Virus record (IMG/VR): IMGVR_UViG_3300043313_001399
DNA length: 23,206 nt
Reading direction: 5' to 3' (one strand)
Origin: a virus
A program made the position numbers and the translations under genes. Shown here in pieces: positions 1 through 7,910 of this stretch. Position 1 is the first letter of the stretch. Each line of letters begins with the position of its first letter. Below the pieces are notes generated by a model. It was not told the DNA's origin and did no database searches. It saw only the letters and a program-made list of their open reading frames with translations.

Positions 1-44
1 CGAAATAGGTAGCGGTTTTTTAGAGGGTAAGGTAGGGGCGGGCG
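1..44. repeat. Left copy of the 44-nt terminal overlap (identical to 23163-23206); a circularisation or assembly overlap, not a physical end
   Basis: cgaaataggtagcggttttttagagggtaaggtaggggcgggcg occurs at both window ends. It lies inside the terminase reading frame. Confidence 0.9.
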
Positions 45-1546
45 CCAAGCGCCAACCAGCTCAAAACTCTAAGCTTATTCCGCTAACGCAGGGATTTAAC
101 GCTAAGTCGTCCCTTAGAGGAAACCCATTTCCGAGAATTGCGCCGGAGCCTCAACCTCATTGGGACTACTCCGCCGGCCAAGACATCTGCAAATGGGCAA
201 GGGATGTCCTTGGTATTCAGCTGTTGCCGTGGCAGGAATACATGCTTATTCAGGGCTGCGCCAGGCATGAAGGCCGCTTCCGGTACAGGACCATATTGGC
301 TGTTGTTGCCAGGCAGAACGGTAAGACCTTGCTTGCGCAGGTTCGCATTCTTGGCGGCCTTTGCGTCCTAGGCGAGCGTTACGCCTTAGGTACGGCGCAG
401 ACAAAGAACATTGCCATGTCGACCTTTAACGAGGCCAAGGACAGGCTTGATGATGCCATGCGCCAGGGCCATCAAGGCGTGACCGTGACAAAGATACGCA
501 GGGCCATTGGCTCAGAACATTTCATGGTGAATGGCAGGGGCCAGTACAGGGTTGTAGCAAGCACTCAGGGCGCCGCACGAGGCCTGTCAGGCGTTGACCT
601 TGTTGTCATGGACGAGATACGGCAGCTGAGGGATTGGCAGGCGTACAGCGCCATAGACAAGGTGCGCAGGGCCAGGCCTGATAGTCAGCTATGGGCCATC
701 ACTACTGAAGGTGACCTGTCGTCTGAGGTGCTGAACAAGCTTCAGGCTCAGGGCCGTGAGGCCATCATTCAGGGCAGGGAAACGGCCCTTGGATACTTTG
801 AATGGTCAGCACCGCCTGGTGCTCATCCTGGCAAGGTTGAGTCATGGGCACAGGCAAACCCGTCCCTCGGTTGGACCCTTGACGAGAGCACCGTACAGGC
901 CGAATACGAGACAGACCCGTCTGAAGTGTTTGAGGTTGAGGTGCTGTGTCGCAAGGTCGCAGCTATTCAGGCTTGGGTGAAGCCCGCTGATTTCGACCAG
1001 TGCGCGACCGATAAGCAATTCCCCATAGACCAGCCCTTTGTCCTGGCCATTGATGCAGGCCCCGAGCTGCGCCATGCCAGCATCGTTGCTGGCGCCCTTG
1101 AGGATGACTTTCACCACGTTGAGCTTGTCGCCGAGTACACAGGCCCCGAGGCCCTGACGGCCGCTGAGCGCCGCCTAGATGCCCTTCTAAGGCGCTGGAA
1201 GCCCTACGCCCTGGTTTCCCTGCATCGCTCCCCCGCCGAGGCCGTAGCGGCCAAGCAGGCGCAGGCGCACGAGGTTGAACACGTGACCGTCAGGCCTGCC
1301 GATTGGGCCAGGGCCTGCCGGGCCTTCTATGCGGCCGTCAACCAGCGGACCCTTAGGCACCCTGGCGGTTCTGGCATATCGGCTGCATTGGCCTCAACCA
1401 AACGAGGCCCTGATGGCCTGGTTAGCAGCGTTCACAGGATTAACCCTGAAGCTGACATAGATGCGGCCGTGGCTGCTGTCCTGGCTATGTGGCTACCTAC
1501 CCAACAGCCTGAGCCAATCAAATACCCTGAATGGACGGCCTTCTAA
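2..1546 (+). CDS. terL: Terminase large subunit (about 528 aa once joined to 23122-23162)
   Basis: There is no stop between position 2 and the track ORF at 224 (a TTG), and the upstream residues '...DICKWARDVLGIQLLPWQEYML' read like a terminase N-terminus. Walker A-like 'VARQNGKT' and Walker B-like 'DLVVMDE' are present. The gene is followed by portal, protease and capsid. Confidence 0.9.
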   Translation, partial: EIGSGFLEGKVGAGAKRQPAQNSKLIPLTQGFNAKSSLRGNPFPRIAPEPQPHWDYSAGQDICKWARDVLGIQLLPWQEYMLIQGCARHEGRFRYRTILAVVARQNGKTLLAQVRILGGLCVLGERYALGTAQTKNIAMSTFNEAKDRLDDAMRQGHQGVTVTKIRRAIGSEHFMVNGRGQYRVVASTQGAARGLSGVDLVVMDEIRQLRDWQAYSAIDKVRRARPDSQLWAITTEGDLSSEVLNKLQAQGREAIIQGRETALGYFEWSAPPGAHPGKVESWAQANPSLGWTLDESTVQAEYETDPSEVFEVEVLCRKVAAIQAWVKPADFDQCATDKQFPIDQPFVLAIDAGPELRHASIVAGALEDDFHHVELVAEYTGPEALTAAERRLDALLRRWKPYALVSLHRSPAEAVAAKQAQAHEVEHVTVRPADWARACRAFYAAVNQRTLRHPGGSGISAALASTKRGPDGLVSSVHRINPEADIDAAVAAVLAMWLPTQQPEPIKYPEWTAF

Positions 1547-1734
1547 TGCGAAACGTCATGCCTCAATACGTGCTATGGGTCCTTGAGATACTGAGCCTTA
1601 TCGTTATTCTGTATACGTCCTGGCTACTGGTTGACAGGCCTGTGTTTGCCCTTATCTGCGCAGTTGTCGTCCTGTTGACCTGTATGTACGTAGAGCACCG
1701 GAGCCTTGATTACCTGCCTGAGGATGTGGCCTGA
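1546..1734 (+). CDS. Small membrane protein (62 aa, two predicted TM helices), function unknown
   Basis: TAATG stop/start overlap with terL at 1544-1548 and TGATG overlap with the portal at 1732-1736. Hydrophobic stretches are VLWVLEILSLIVILYTSWLLV and VFALICAVVVLLTCMYV. Confidence 0.6.
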   Translation: MRNVMPQYVLWVLEILSLIVILYTSWLLVDRPVFALICAVVVLLTCMYVEHRSLDYLPEDVA

Positions 1735-2951
1735 TGCCCCTGCTGAAGGCCCTGAGACGGCCGCGTGTCACGGTCACCAGGGCAGCTAACGCCAATCAGA
1801 GCCTGCTGCCTATTGCGGCCTGGCAAGAGGCCCTGAGGCCTGGCACATGGGGGACTGCATGGGATGATCCTTTCCCCTGGCATTACGTGACTGAGGAAGA
1901 GGCCCTAGACCTTCCTGTCATTGCAGGCTTCATGCAGATTACGCAGAGCCTGTTGCTTCAAATGCCCTTACATGGCTATAGGAAGCCCTCAGCCATGGTT
2001 CCTCAGGTTCCCCTAGACGTAGAACCGCCAATCCTGCTGAACCCTACGCCTGGTGACGGTAGGACGTTCACGGATTTCATTGTGGAATACATGCAGGATA
2101 TGGTCCTGTATGGGAACTATGTAGCCGTGCTAGGTCCGCCCAATTCGCAGGGCTGGCCTGACCTGATGGTTCCTATCCCTGTAGGGCAATGGCAGATTGT
2201 CGCCGATGGCAACGAGGGTAAGTTTCACTACCTCATCAATGGGATCAGGTATGAACAGCCTGAAATCTTCCATGTGATGATGAACAAGTCATGTAGCAAC
2301 CTCGTGGGCAGGGGCGCCTTACAGCTGTACCGCAGGCTCATTGCTACCAGCGTTGCTGCTGAACGGTGGGCGGCCCTGTATTACGAAGGCGGCGCTGTAC
2401 CGCCTGGTGTCCTTGAGCACCCTAACCCTGACCTAACACAGGATCAGGCCACCCTGCTTAAGGGCAAGATGAAACAGGTAGCCATGGCGCGAGAATGGGC
2501 CGTACTGCCTTCAGGGTCCAAGCTGCATGTCCTTGATGGCAACGCTGAGGAATCACAGCTGAATGAGACGCGCAGGATGAATGCTCAGCAGCTAGCCATG
2601 GCTATTGGCATCCCTGGCGCCCTGCTCGGCCTTGATGCCCCTAGCCTTACCTACCGCAATATCACGGACGTGTTTCAACAATTCATCACCACAACCGTCA
2701 TGGCCTACCTCGTTCCCCTTGAGCAGCAGCTGTCGCTTCAGTGCCTGCCTCGGAACCAAGAGGCACGGTTCTTCCAAGCCAATGTTCTCAGGCCTGATAT
2801 GGAAGCCAGGGTCAAGCTTGCCAACGAGGCTATGGGTTCAGGCCTGTTCACCAGGGATGAGGCAAGGGCATTCTTTGACCTTGGCGCCATCCATTTCATT
2901 GAAACCAGTAGTTCGCCTATGGGCGATGGACCCGAGCCGGCGCAGCCATGA
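1734..2951 (+). CDS. Portal protein, HK97-family type
   Basis: 405 aa, positioned after terL. Segments typical of HK97-type portals by recollection: 'LLNPTPGDGRTF..VLYGNYVAVL', 'EIFHVMM', 'YYEGGAVPPGVLEHP', 'QLNETRRMNAQQLAMAIGIPGALLG'. Confidence 0.88.
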   Translation: MPLLKALRRPRVTVTRAANANQSLLPIAAWQEALRPGTWGTAWDDPFPWHYVTEEEALDLPVIAGFMQITQSLLLQMPLHGYRKPSAMVPQVPLDVEPPILLNPTPGDGRTFTDFIVEYMQDMVLYGNYVAVLGPPNSQGWPDLMVPIPVGQWQIVADGNEGKFHYLINGIRYEQPEIFHVMMNKSCSNLVGRGALQLYRRLIATSVAAERWAALYYEGGAVPPGVLEHPNPDLTQDQATLLKGKMKQVAMAREWAVLPSGSKLHVLDGNAEESQLNETRRMNAQQLAMAIGIPGALLGLDAPSLTYRNITDVFQQFITTTVMAYLVPLEQQLSLQCLPRNQEARFFQANVLRPDMEARVKLANEAMGSGLFTRDEARAFFDLGAIHFIETSSSPMGDGPEPAQP

Positions 2952-3664
2952 CTGTCATATACCGCAGTCCGCTGGCCATCGTATTTCAGGGTCGATCCGA
3001 GGATGTCTTGCCTACGCTGGCTAAGGCCTCGGTTGACTGCATAGTCACTGATCCGCCCTATGGGCAGGCGTACCAAAGCAATTTCCGCAGGGCCATCATG
3101 GACCGAATAGAAGGGGATGACGGCTTGACAGATATACAGGCCGTTCTGCGCAAGGCGTGCCAAGCCTTGAGAGGTGGCAGACACCTGTATGTGTTCGGCC
3201 CTGACCTGGCCGCTGGTTTGCCTGTGGGCGGAAGCACTGAGCTGATTTGGGCCAAGGGCAATATGTCCATGGGCGACCTGACGGCTGTATGGTCCCAGGC
3301 TCATGAACGCATTGGGTTCATGGTTCATGTGCCAAGCCAAGCCAATAGGGCTGATGGCAAGGGCAAGCTCGCGGCCAGGCTACGTAAGGGTTCCGTCCTG
3401 TCTGTGCCAAGGAAGAATTCAAGAGCCAATAGCAGGCACCCTACCGAGAAACCCGTTGCCCTACTCAGGCAGCTTATTGAGTCGTCTACCTCAATCGGCG
3501 AGGTAGTGCTTGACCCTTACGCAGGCGTAGGCAGTACGGCCGTAGCGGCCATTGCCTGCGGGCGCAGGGCCATTGCAATTGAGGTTGACCCTGGCTACTG
3601 CCAGACAATCGTCAACAGGGTCAAGGAAGCTGAAGGCCTGGCCCAAGAGATTGAGAGGCTCTGA
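2948..3664 (+). CDS. DNA methyltransferase, beta-class N6_N4 MTase family (DPPY type, probably m6A)
   Basis: Motif IV 'CIVTDPPYG' lies N-terminal to 'HPTEKPVALL' and motif I 'VLDPYAGVGSTAVAA..GRRAIAIE'. ATGA overlap with the portal stop. Confidence 0.9.
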   Translation: MTVIYRSPLAIVFQGRSEDVLPTLAKASVDCIVTDPPYGQAYQSNFRRAIMDRIEGDDGLTDIQAVLRKACQALRGGRHLYVFGPDLAAGLPVGGSTELIWAKGNMSMGDLTAVWSQAHERIGFMVHVPSQANRADGKGKLAARLRKGSVLSVPRKNSRANSRHPTEKPVALLRQLIESSTSIGEVVLDPYAGVGSTAVAAIACGRRAIAIEVDPGYCQTIVNRVKEAEGLAQEIERL

Positions 3665-3665
3665 T

Positions 3666-4229
3666 ATGAATGATGGCCTGTACCTCAGAGCCATTGATAG
3701 CCATCTATCACTGACAGGGGACGGCCGTACCGTCCTAGGCCTGCTGGCGCCATACAATCAGGTGACCAGGGTTGATGACGGGTTTGGCCCCTATTACGAG
3801 CAATTCGACCCTGGTTGCTTCGAGCGTTGCATCAAGGGCAATGCCAGCTATCTCAGGGTTCAGCTTGAGCACAATGGCCATTGGGTAGGCAGGGGCCAGA
3901 ATTGGCAGGACGGGCCACCAGGCCTTGCAGGTGCCTTGCGCTTGGACGATACCGAGGCAGGCAGGGAAGCAGCGTTCAAGATCAGAGACGGGCAGACAAC
4001 AGGCCTTAGCCTGGCCTTTAGGCCTTCAGCCAATGATCCTGTTATTGAGCATCCTGACGGGCGTCAGGTGGTCCATCGGCGCAGGGTTAAGGCCCTGCAT
4101 CATGTGGCCCTGTGCCAATTCCCTGCGTACAACCAGGCGCTCGTTACGGCTGTCCGTAGCGCCCCTGACGGCCCGCCTGAGCGCCTTCAGTATTGGAAGA
4201 ACTGGACAGCCAACGTCAGGCGTGTCTAA
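3666..4229 (+). CDS. Prohead (maturation) serine protease, HK97/S78-like
   Basis: ATG at 3666 lies 1 nt after the MTase stop; the longer track ORF from 3552 would overlap the MTase. Motifs 'FDPGCFERC', 'LEHNGHWVGRG' and 'GLSLAFRP', about 187 aa, immediately upstream of the capsid gene. Confidence 0.82.
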   Translation: MNDGLYLRAIDSHLSLTGDGRTVLGLLAPYNQVTRVDDGFGPYYEQFDPGCFERCIKGNASYLRVQLEHNGHWVGRGQNWQDGPPGLAGALRLDDTEAGREAAFKIRDGQTTGLSLAFRPSANDPVIEHPDGRQVVHRRRVKALHHVALCQFPAYNQALVTAVRSAPDGPPERLQYWKNWTANVRRV

Positions 4230-4250
4230 ATGCGCTTGTGCGGGTTTGAC

Positions 4251-4327
4251 GGCCGACAGCCCTATCGGTTTCACCCTTCCCCCTTGTTTGCATCGCAAGG
4301 CCGCGCTGAAACCTAGGGCTGTCGGCC
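4251..4327 (+). other. 77-nt extended stem-loop in the protease-capsid intergenic gap (candidate RNA structure)
   Basis: A 14-bp perfect stem pairs ggccgacagcccta (4251-4264) with tagggctgtcggcc (4314-4327). After a 2-nt bulge, 6 bp pair ggtttc (4267-4272) with gaaacc (4308-4313). The apical helix pairs ccttg (4282-4286) with caagg (4296-4300). No T-run follows. Confidence 0.6.
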
Positions 4328-4412
4328 TCACTTACGCATCGCATGACACCTGCTCTTGGCCCGAGCAATACCCATGCAGAGAACCTGAATCCTTCTCTGA
4401 ATGAGGTTTGTC

Positions 4413-5750
4413 ATGCCTACTGAAATTGCTGGAAGCAAGCGCCTTGATTGGCTCAAGCGCCAAATGGAACAGGCGCTAGGTGACGTTGAAAGCATCACCA
4501 ATAGGGCCGCTGATGACGACCGTGACCTGTCTGATGCCGAGCAGCGCACCTGTGAAGCCAGGCGTTCACGCATCACTGAGCTTGAATCAGAGCTTGAGGT
4601 TGAAGCTGACCTAGCCAAGCGTTCTGCCTCGTATCAGGGCCTGGTCGCTCACATTGGCCCGCCGCAGGATCAGCCCATTAGGGGCCAGCTGGTTGAGCGC
4701 CAGGCGCAGGGGAACGCTGAGGTGCCCAACTATGCAACGCCTGGTGCCTACCTCGTTGACTTCCTGACACGCTCTGAAGACCCTGAGGCCGCTCAGCGGT
4801 TCAATCGGTACCTTGAGCGCGCCGTTGCCCATCAGACCACTACGCAGAACCCTGGCCTGTTGCCTGTGCCGATCCTTGGGCCTGTCTTCACTGAGCAGGC
4901 TCAGCGGCGCCCTGCCATTGAAAGCGCAACGCTCAGGCCCCTTCCTGGCGCAGGTAAGACCTTTCAGCGGCCGCAGATTAAGCAGTACACATTGGCAGGG
5001 CCTCAGTCCGCTGAGAAAGCGGAGCTTCCGTCTCAGCCAATGCTCATTGATCCCATTACTGTCACCAAGAGCACGTTTGGTGGCGTGGTCAATCTGTCAT
5101 GGCAGGACCGTGATTGGACGGACCCGTCCATTATGGACCTTATTGTCGCCGACCTTGCGGCCTCATATGCGCAGGCTACGGACGCGGCTTTTGTGTCCTA
5201 CTTCCTCGGTACGGTTACGCAGACTGAGGCCCTGGCGACGGGTGACAGCAAGGGCCTCTTGGGCGCCATCTTCGCCGCTACCGGAACCATCTTCAGTCAG
5301 ACCAACACTATGCCTGACACCCTGTGGGTTGCCCCTGACGTTTGGGGTTCCCTTGGTTCCATGGTCGACAGCACAGGCCGTCAGCTGTTCGCTACGGTCA
5401 ACCCTGTTAACGGCCTCGGTACTATCTCGGCTACGTCCATGACGGGCAGCCTGGCAGGGTACAGGCTTGTCATTGACAAGAACCTTCCCTCCGGTACTGC
5501 CGTTCTTGGTGACAGTACCTATGTTGAGGTTTACGAAACCATTGGTGGACAGGTGTCCGCTATTGAGCCTTCCGTCCTTGGTACGCAGGTTGCCTTCTAC
5601 GGTTACATTGCCTGGCTGACGCTTGAGCCTAAGGCCTTTGTGAAGATTACGGGCGTGCCCGTTCTTCCGTTTGGCGCGACCAATGGTAACGGCGGTACGC
5701 CGGCGCAGCACAGCAGCAGCCATAGCAGCACTAGCAAGGCCGCAAAGTAA
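4413..5750 (+). CDS. Major capsid protein, HK97 fold, with N-terminal coiled-coil (delta/scaffold-like) domain
   Basis: GAGG lies 5 nt upstream of ATG 4413. The N-terminus is charged and helical ('RLDWLKRQMEQALGDVESI...ELESELEVEADLAKR'), followed by about 330 aa of capsid-like sequence. It sits after the protease and there is no separate scaffold gene. Confidence 0.88.
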   Translation: MPTEIAGSKRLDWLKRQMEQALGDVESITNRAADDDRDLSDAEQRTCEARRSRITELESELEVEADLAKRSASYQGLVAHIGPPQDQPIRGQLVERQAQGNAEVPNYATPGAYLVDFLTRSEDPEAAQRFNRYLERAVAHQTTTQNPGLLPVPILGPVFTEQAQRRPAIESATLRPLPGAGKTFQRPQIKQYTLAGPQSAEKAELPSQPMLIDPITVTKSTFGGVVNLSWQDRDWTDPSIMDLIVADLAASYAQATDAAFVSYFLGTVTQTEALATGDSKGLLGAIFAATGTIFSQTNTMPDTLWVAPDVWGSLGSMVDSTGRQLFATVNPVNGLGTISATSMTGSLAGYRLVIDKNLPSGTAVLGDSTYVEVYETIGGQVSAIEPSVLGTQVAFYGYIAWLTLEPKAFVKITGVPVLPFGATNGNGGTPAQHSSSHSSTSKAAK

Positions 5751-6079
5751 TGGCTCTGCCGACAGGGCCTGGTTGGCCTGACATCGATGAATACAAGCAA
5801 TGGTCCAGGGTCACGGATACCGTTGATGATGTCGCGATTGACCAGGCCCTGTCGGCTGTTAAGGGCGCCATTGTCTCAAGGTGTCCTGTCCTAGCTACGG
5901 CGCCCTGCCCGTTTGATGTCCTGTACGCCTGCCTCTTGTGGACCAACAGGTTGCTTGTGCGGCGCCAATCCCCTGAAGGGATCGTAGGCATTGCCGATAT
6001 GGGCGCTGTAGCCATCAAGGCCTCAGACAGGGACATTGACCAGATGCTTGCCCCTTGGGTTGAGCCGGTAATTGCCTGA
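5750..6079 (+). CDS. Head-tail connector/adaptor (gp6-like)
   Basis: TAATG overlap with the capsid stop, 109 aa. 'DIDEYKQWSRVTDTVDDVAIDQALSAVKGAIVSRC' resembles gp6-like connector N-termini; the call rests on position and recollection only. Confidence 0.55.
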   Translation: MALPTGPGWPDIDEYKQWSRVTDTVDDVAIDQALSAVKGAIVSRCPVLATAPCPFDVLYACLLWTNRLLVRRQSPEGIVGIADMGAVAIKASDRDIDQMLAPWVEPVIA

Positions 6080-6417
6080 TGGATACCTACGCCAGGGGCC
6101 TTGAGATTGTGCAAGGGCTTGAGGCCCTAGGCACAAGGGCCACAATGGACCCTGCCTTGGCCAATCCGCCTGTTGTATTGGTCATTCCACCCAACCTTAC
6201 CTTTGACCTGAATTGTGATGCCGTAACAGCTGATTGGCAGCTTGTGGCCCTGTACCCCGCGACCAATAGCGCAGACAGGTCAACGTGGCAGGGCCTGAAC
6301 GCAATGATTAACCATGCTCAGCAGGTCCTAGATATCCGAGCAGCGGACCTTGTTTCCTACGTTGTAAACGGCAGGACCTTCCCTGCCTACCTCTTGACCT
6401 GTAGTGAAGGGATTTAG
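6079..6417 (+). CDS. Head-tail joining protein (head closure or tail terminator-like), uncertain
   Basis: TGATG coupling, 112 aa, located between the connector and the major-tail-like gene. No diagnostic motif. Confidence 0.4.
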   Translation: MDTYARGLEIVQGLEALGTRATMDPALANPPVVLVIPPNLTFDLNCDAVTADWQLVALYPATNSADRSTWQGLNAMINHAQQVLDIRAADLVSYVVNGRTFPAYLLTCSEGI

Positions 6418-6419
6418 CC

Positions 6420-7178
6420 ATGGCTGTTACTGAGTCCAAGCTCAAGACCGGAAAGCTCTTGCTTGGTACGGCGCCAGGCGTTGACTACGCCTGCCAACCG
6501 ACCAATGTGCGCGTTGTGCCTGAATTCAATGAGGAAGGTGACGAGGTTGAAACCCTGTGTGGTGACACCTTGACCGCCTCGGCTACTACCAGTTGGTCCC
6601 TACAGGGAACGTCTATTCAGGATTGGGACGCGCCATCAGGACGGGTTTCCCTGGTTCAGTATTCCTGGCTTCACAATGGGGAGACGGTTCCCTTTGTGTG
6701 GAACCCAAACAATGGCGCTACAGCTATCTCAGGCAACGTTACGGTGCGCGCCCTTGAGGTTGGCGGTGACGTCAATACCCGTATCACCTCAGACTTTGAT
6801 TGGCCTATCGCAGGACAGCCTGTCGCTACGTGGGGCGCATCTACGCCTTCCACAGGCGCTACCGCAGGCACGCCAGGCAGCTGGACGCCAGCAGGATCTA
6901 CGGCCCCTTCCTCGGTAGCCAACCTCATTGCCGGTACGCCTAACGCTGTTACGGCCTCACCAACGACAGCTTGGACGACAGGTCAATATGTTCAGACCGG
7001 TACATCAGGCGTTGGTGGCCAGGCCTATTGGAACGGCACAGCTTGGACGGCAGGCACAGCTGCATTGGCTGCTGACGACCAGGCCGCCGAGGATGATGAC
7101 CAGGCCGACGAGGATGAGCCTGATACAGGTGATGATGGTCCTGAGACAGGTGAAATCACTACCTATTCCTTGCGCTGA
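6420..7178 (+). CDS. Major tail (tube) protein candidate with low-complexity acidic C-terminal extension
   Basis: 252 aa. The N-terminal 140 aa ('KLLLGTAPGVDYACQPTNVRVVP...ETLCGD...SWSLQGTSIQDW...VPFVWNPNNG') look like siphophage tube proteins by recollection. The C-terminus is T/G/A-rich, ending in 'DDQAAEDDDQADEDEPDTGDDGPETGE'. It is the only tube-sized gene before the chaperone and tape measure. Confidence 0.6.
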   Translation: MAVTESKLKTGKLLLGTAPGVDYACQPTNVRVVPEFNEEGDEVETLCGDTLTASATTSWSLQGTSIQDWDAPSGRVSLVQYSWLHNGETVPFVWNPNNGATAISGNVTVRALEVGGDVNTRITSDFDWPIAGQPVATWGASTPSTGATAGTPGSWTPAGSTAPSSVANLIAGTPNAVTASPTTAWTTGQYVQTGTSGVGGQAYWNGTAWTAGTAALAADDQAAEDDDQADEDEPDTGDDGPETGEITTYSLR

Positions 7179-7516
7179 TGGACGTCAGGGTTACAGGCGT
7201 TGACGACATAACGCAGGGCCTTGAGCAGGTGCTGAAGGAAGCGCCAAGCCTCAACCCTCGTGAGGTAGGCGCCATCATCCTTCAGGCAGCCCGTAATAGG
7301 GCGCCTGTCGTCTCAGGGTCGCTACGGGCATCAGGTAGGGCCGATGGGGCCTCGGTAACGTTCCTGGCGCCCTACAGCGCCCCTATCCATTGGGGATGGC
7401 GCAAGCGCCATATCGAACCAAACCCGTTCCTTGTGAAGGGTACCGAGGCAGCTGCTGACGCCTGGCTTCAGGCCTTCGCTGATGCGTTGCAAGTTGAGCT
7501 TGACAGGAAGGTCTGA
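7178..7516 (+). CDS. HK97 gp10-like neck/tail-completion protein
   Basis: 'AARNRAPVVSGSLRASG...VTFLAPYSAPIHWG...PNPFLVKG' matches the remembered HK97-gp10 family pattern (AP..SG.L..S ... Y..... G ... PF). TGATG coupling on both sides. Confidence 0.6.
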   Translation: MDVRVTGVDDITQGLEQVLKEAPSLNPREVGAIILQAARNRAPVVSGSLRASGRADGASVTFLAPYSAPIHWGWRKRHIEPNPFLVKGTEAAADAWLQAFADALQVELDRKV

Positions 7517-7815
7517 TGAGCACCTTTAGAAAGCATTTCAGGGTTGTATGGAACGAGGGTAACCCTGTTGATGTCGTGACCAATGCCAGGGATGTCGCCG
7601 AGGCCGCAGAGCATCAAGAGGAAGGCGCAGGCCTTACCTCGTTCCGCCTGGTCTATTCAGCCCTGAAGCGTTACGGGCATGACGTTCCTTCCTTTGATGA
7701 TTTCATGGATCAGCTAGACGAGATTCAGGCAACGCCAGGCAAGGCGGACTCAGACAATGTGGACCCTACGTTGCCCGAGGCATCTACCGCAGAGCAATTG
7801 CAATCAGTGTCCTGA
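7516..7815 (+). CDS. Tail assembly chaperone (G-like)
   Basis: 99 aa, acidic, directly upstream of the tape measure. An overlapping -1 frame is open to the tape-measure start. Confidence 0.6.
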   Translation: MSTFRKHFRVVWNEGNPVDVVTNARDVAEAAEHQEEGAGLTSFRLVYSALKRYGHDVPSFDDFMDQLDEIQATPGKADSDNVDPTLPEASTAEQLQSVS

Positions 7816-7910
7816 CAGGTACGGCCTTCAGCCAATGGCTTGAGCCAAGAGCATTGGTTACCGCTGAGCAGGTCCTAATGGAGATAGCAGAGGCACGCAA
7901 TGCCCGCTAA
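7701..7910 (+). CDS. Putative -1 frameshift extension of the tail chaperone (G-T type product); shift site not identified
   Basis: The -1 frame relative to 7516-7815 is open from 7701 to the TAA at 7908-7910. It has no ATG, GTG or TTG before 7854. Its 3' part encodes the protein-like 'TGTAFSQWLEPRALVTAEQVLMEIAEARNAR' and ends 11 nt inside the tape-measure gene. Confidence 0.4.
   Translation, partial: FHGSARRDSGNARQGGLRQCGPYVARGIYRRAIAISVLTGTAFSQWLEPRALVTAEQVLMEIAEARNAR

Noticed and set aside
1-44. The 44-nt terminal direct repeat as genuine virion DTRs or transposon ends
   Set aside because: It lies inside the terminase reading frame, and the ORF is only complete when the ends are merged. 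It behaves like an assembly or circularisation overlap.
2738-3340. 200-aa ORF on the - strand
   Set aside because: It is antisense to the portal and methyltransferase genes, which carry clear motifs. It has no motifs of its own and is a typical shadow ORF in GC-rich coding DNA. The same reasoning applies to 842-1117, 2592-2777 and 3058-3270.
3925-4404. 159-aa + strand ORF spanning the protease 3' end and the intergenic gap, and a 28-aa ORF starting at ATG 4230
   Set aside because: It is out of frame with the protease over most of its length and not protein-like. The gap is better explained by the stem-loop. The 28-aa peptide has no RBS or distinctive features.
4813-5442. 209-aa + strand ORF and 186-aa - strand ORF (5163-5723) inside the capsid gene
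   Set aside because: They are alternative-frame or antisense shadows of the capsid gene. The sequences are Ser/Arg/Leu/Pro-rich low complexity with no RBS context.
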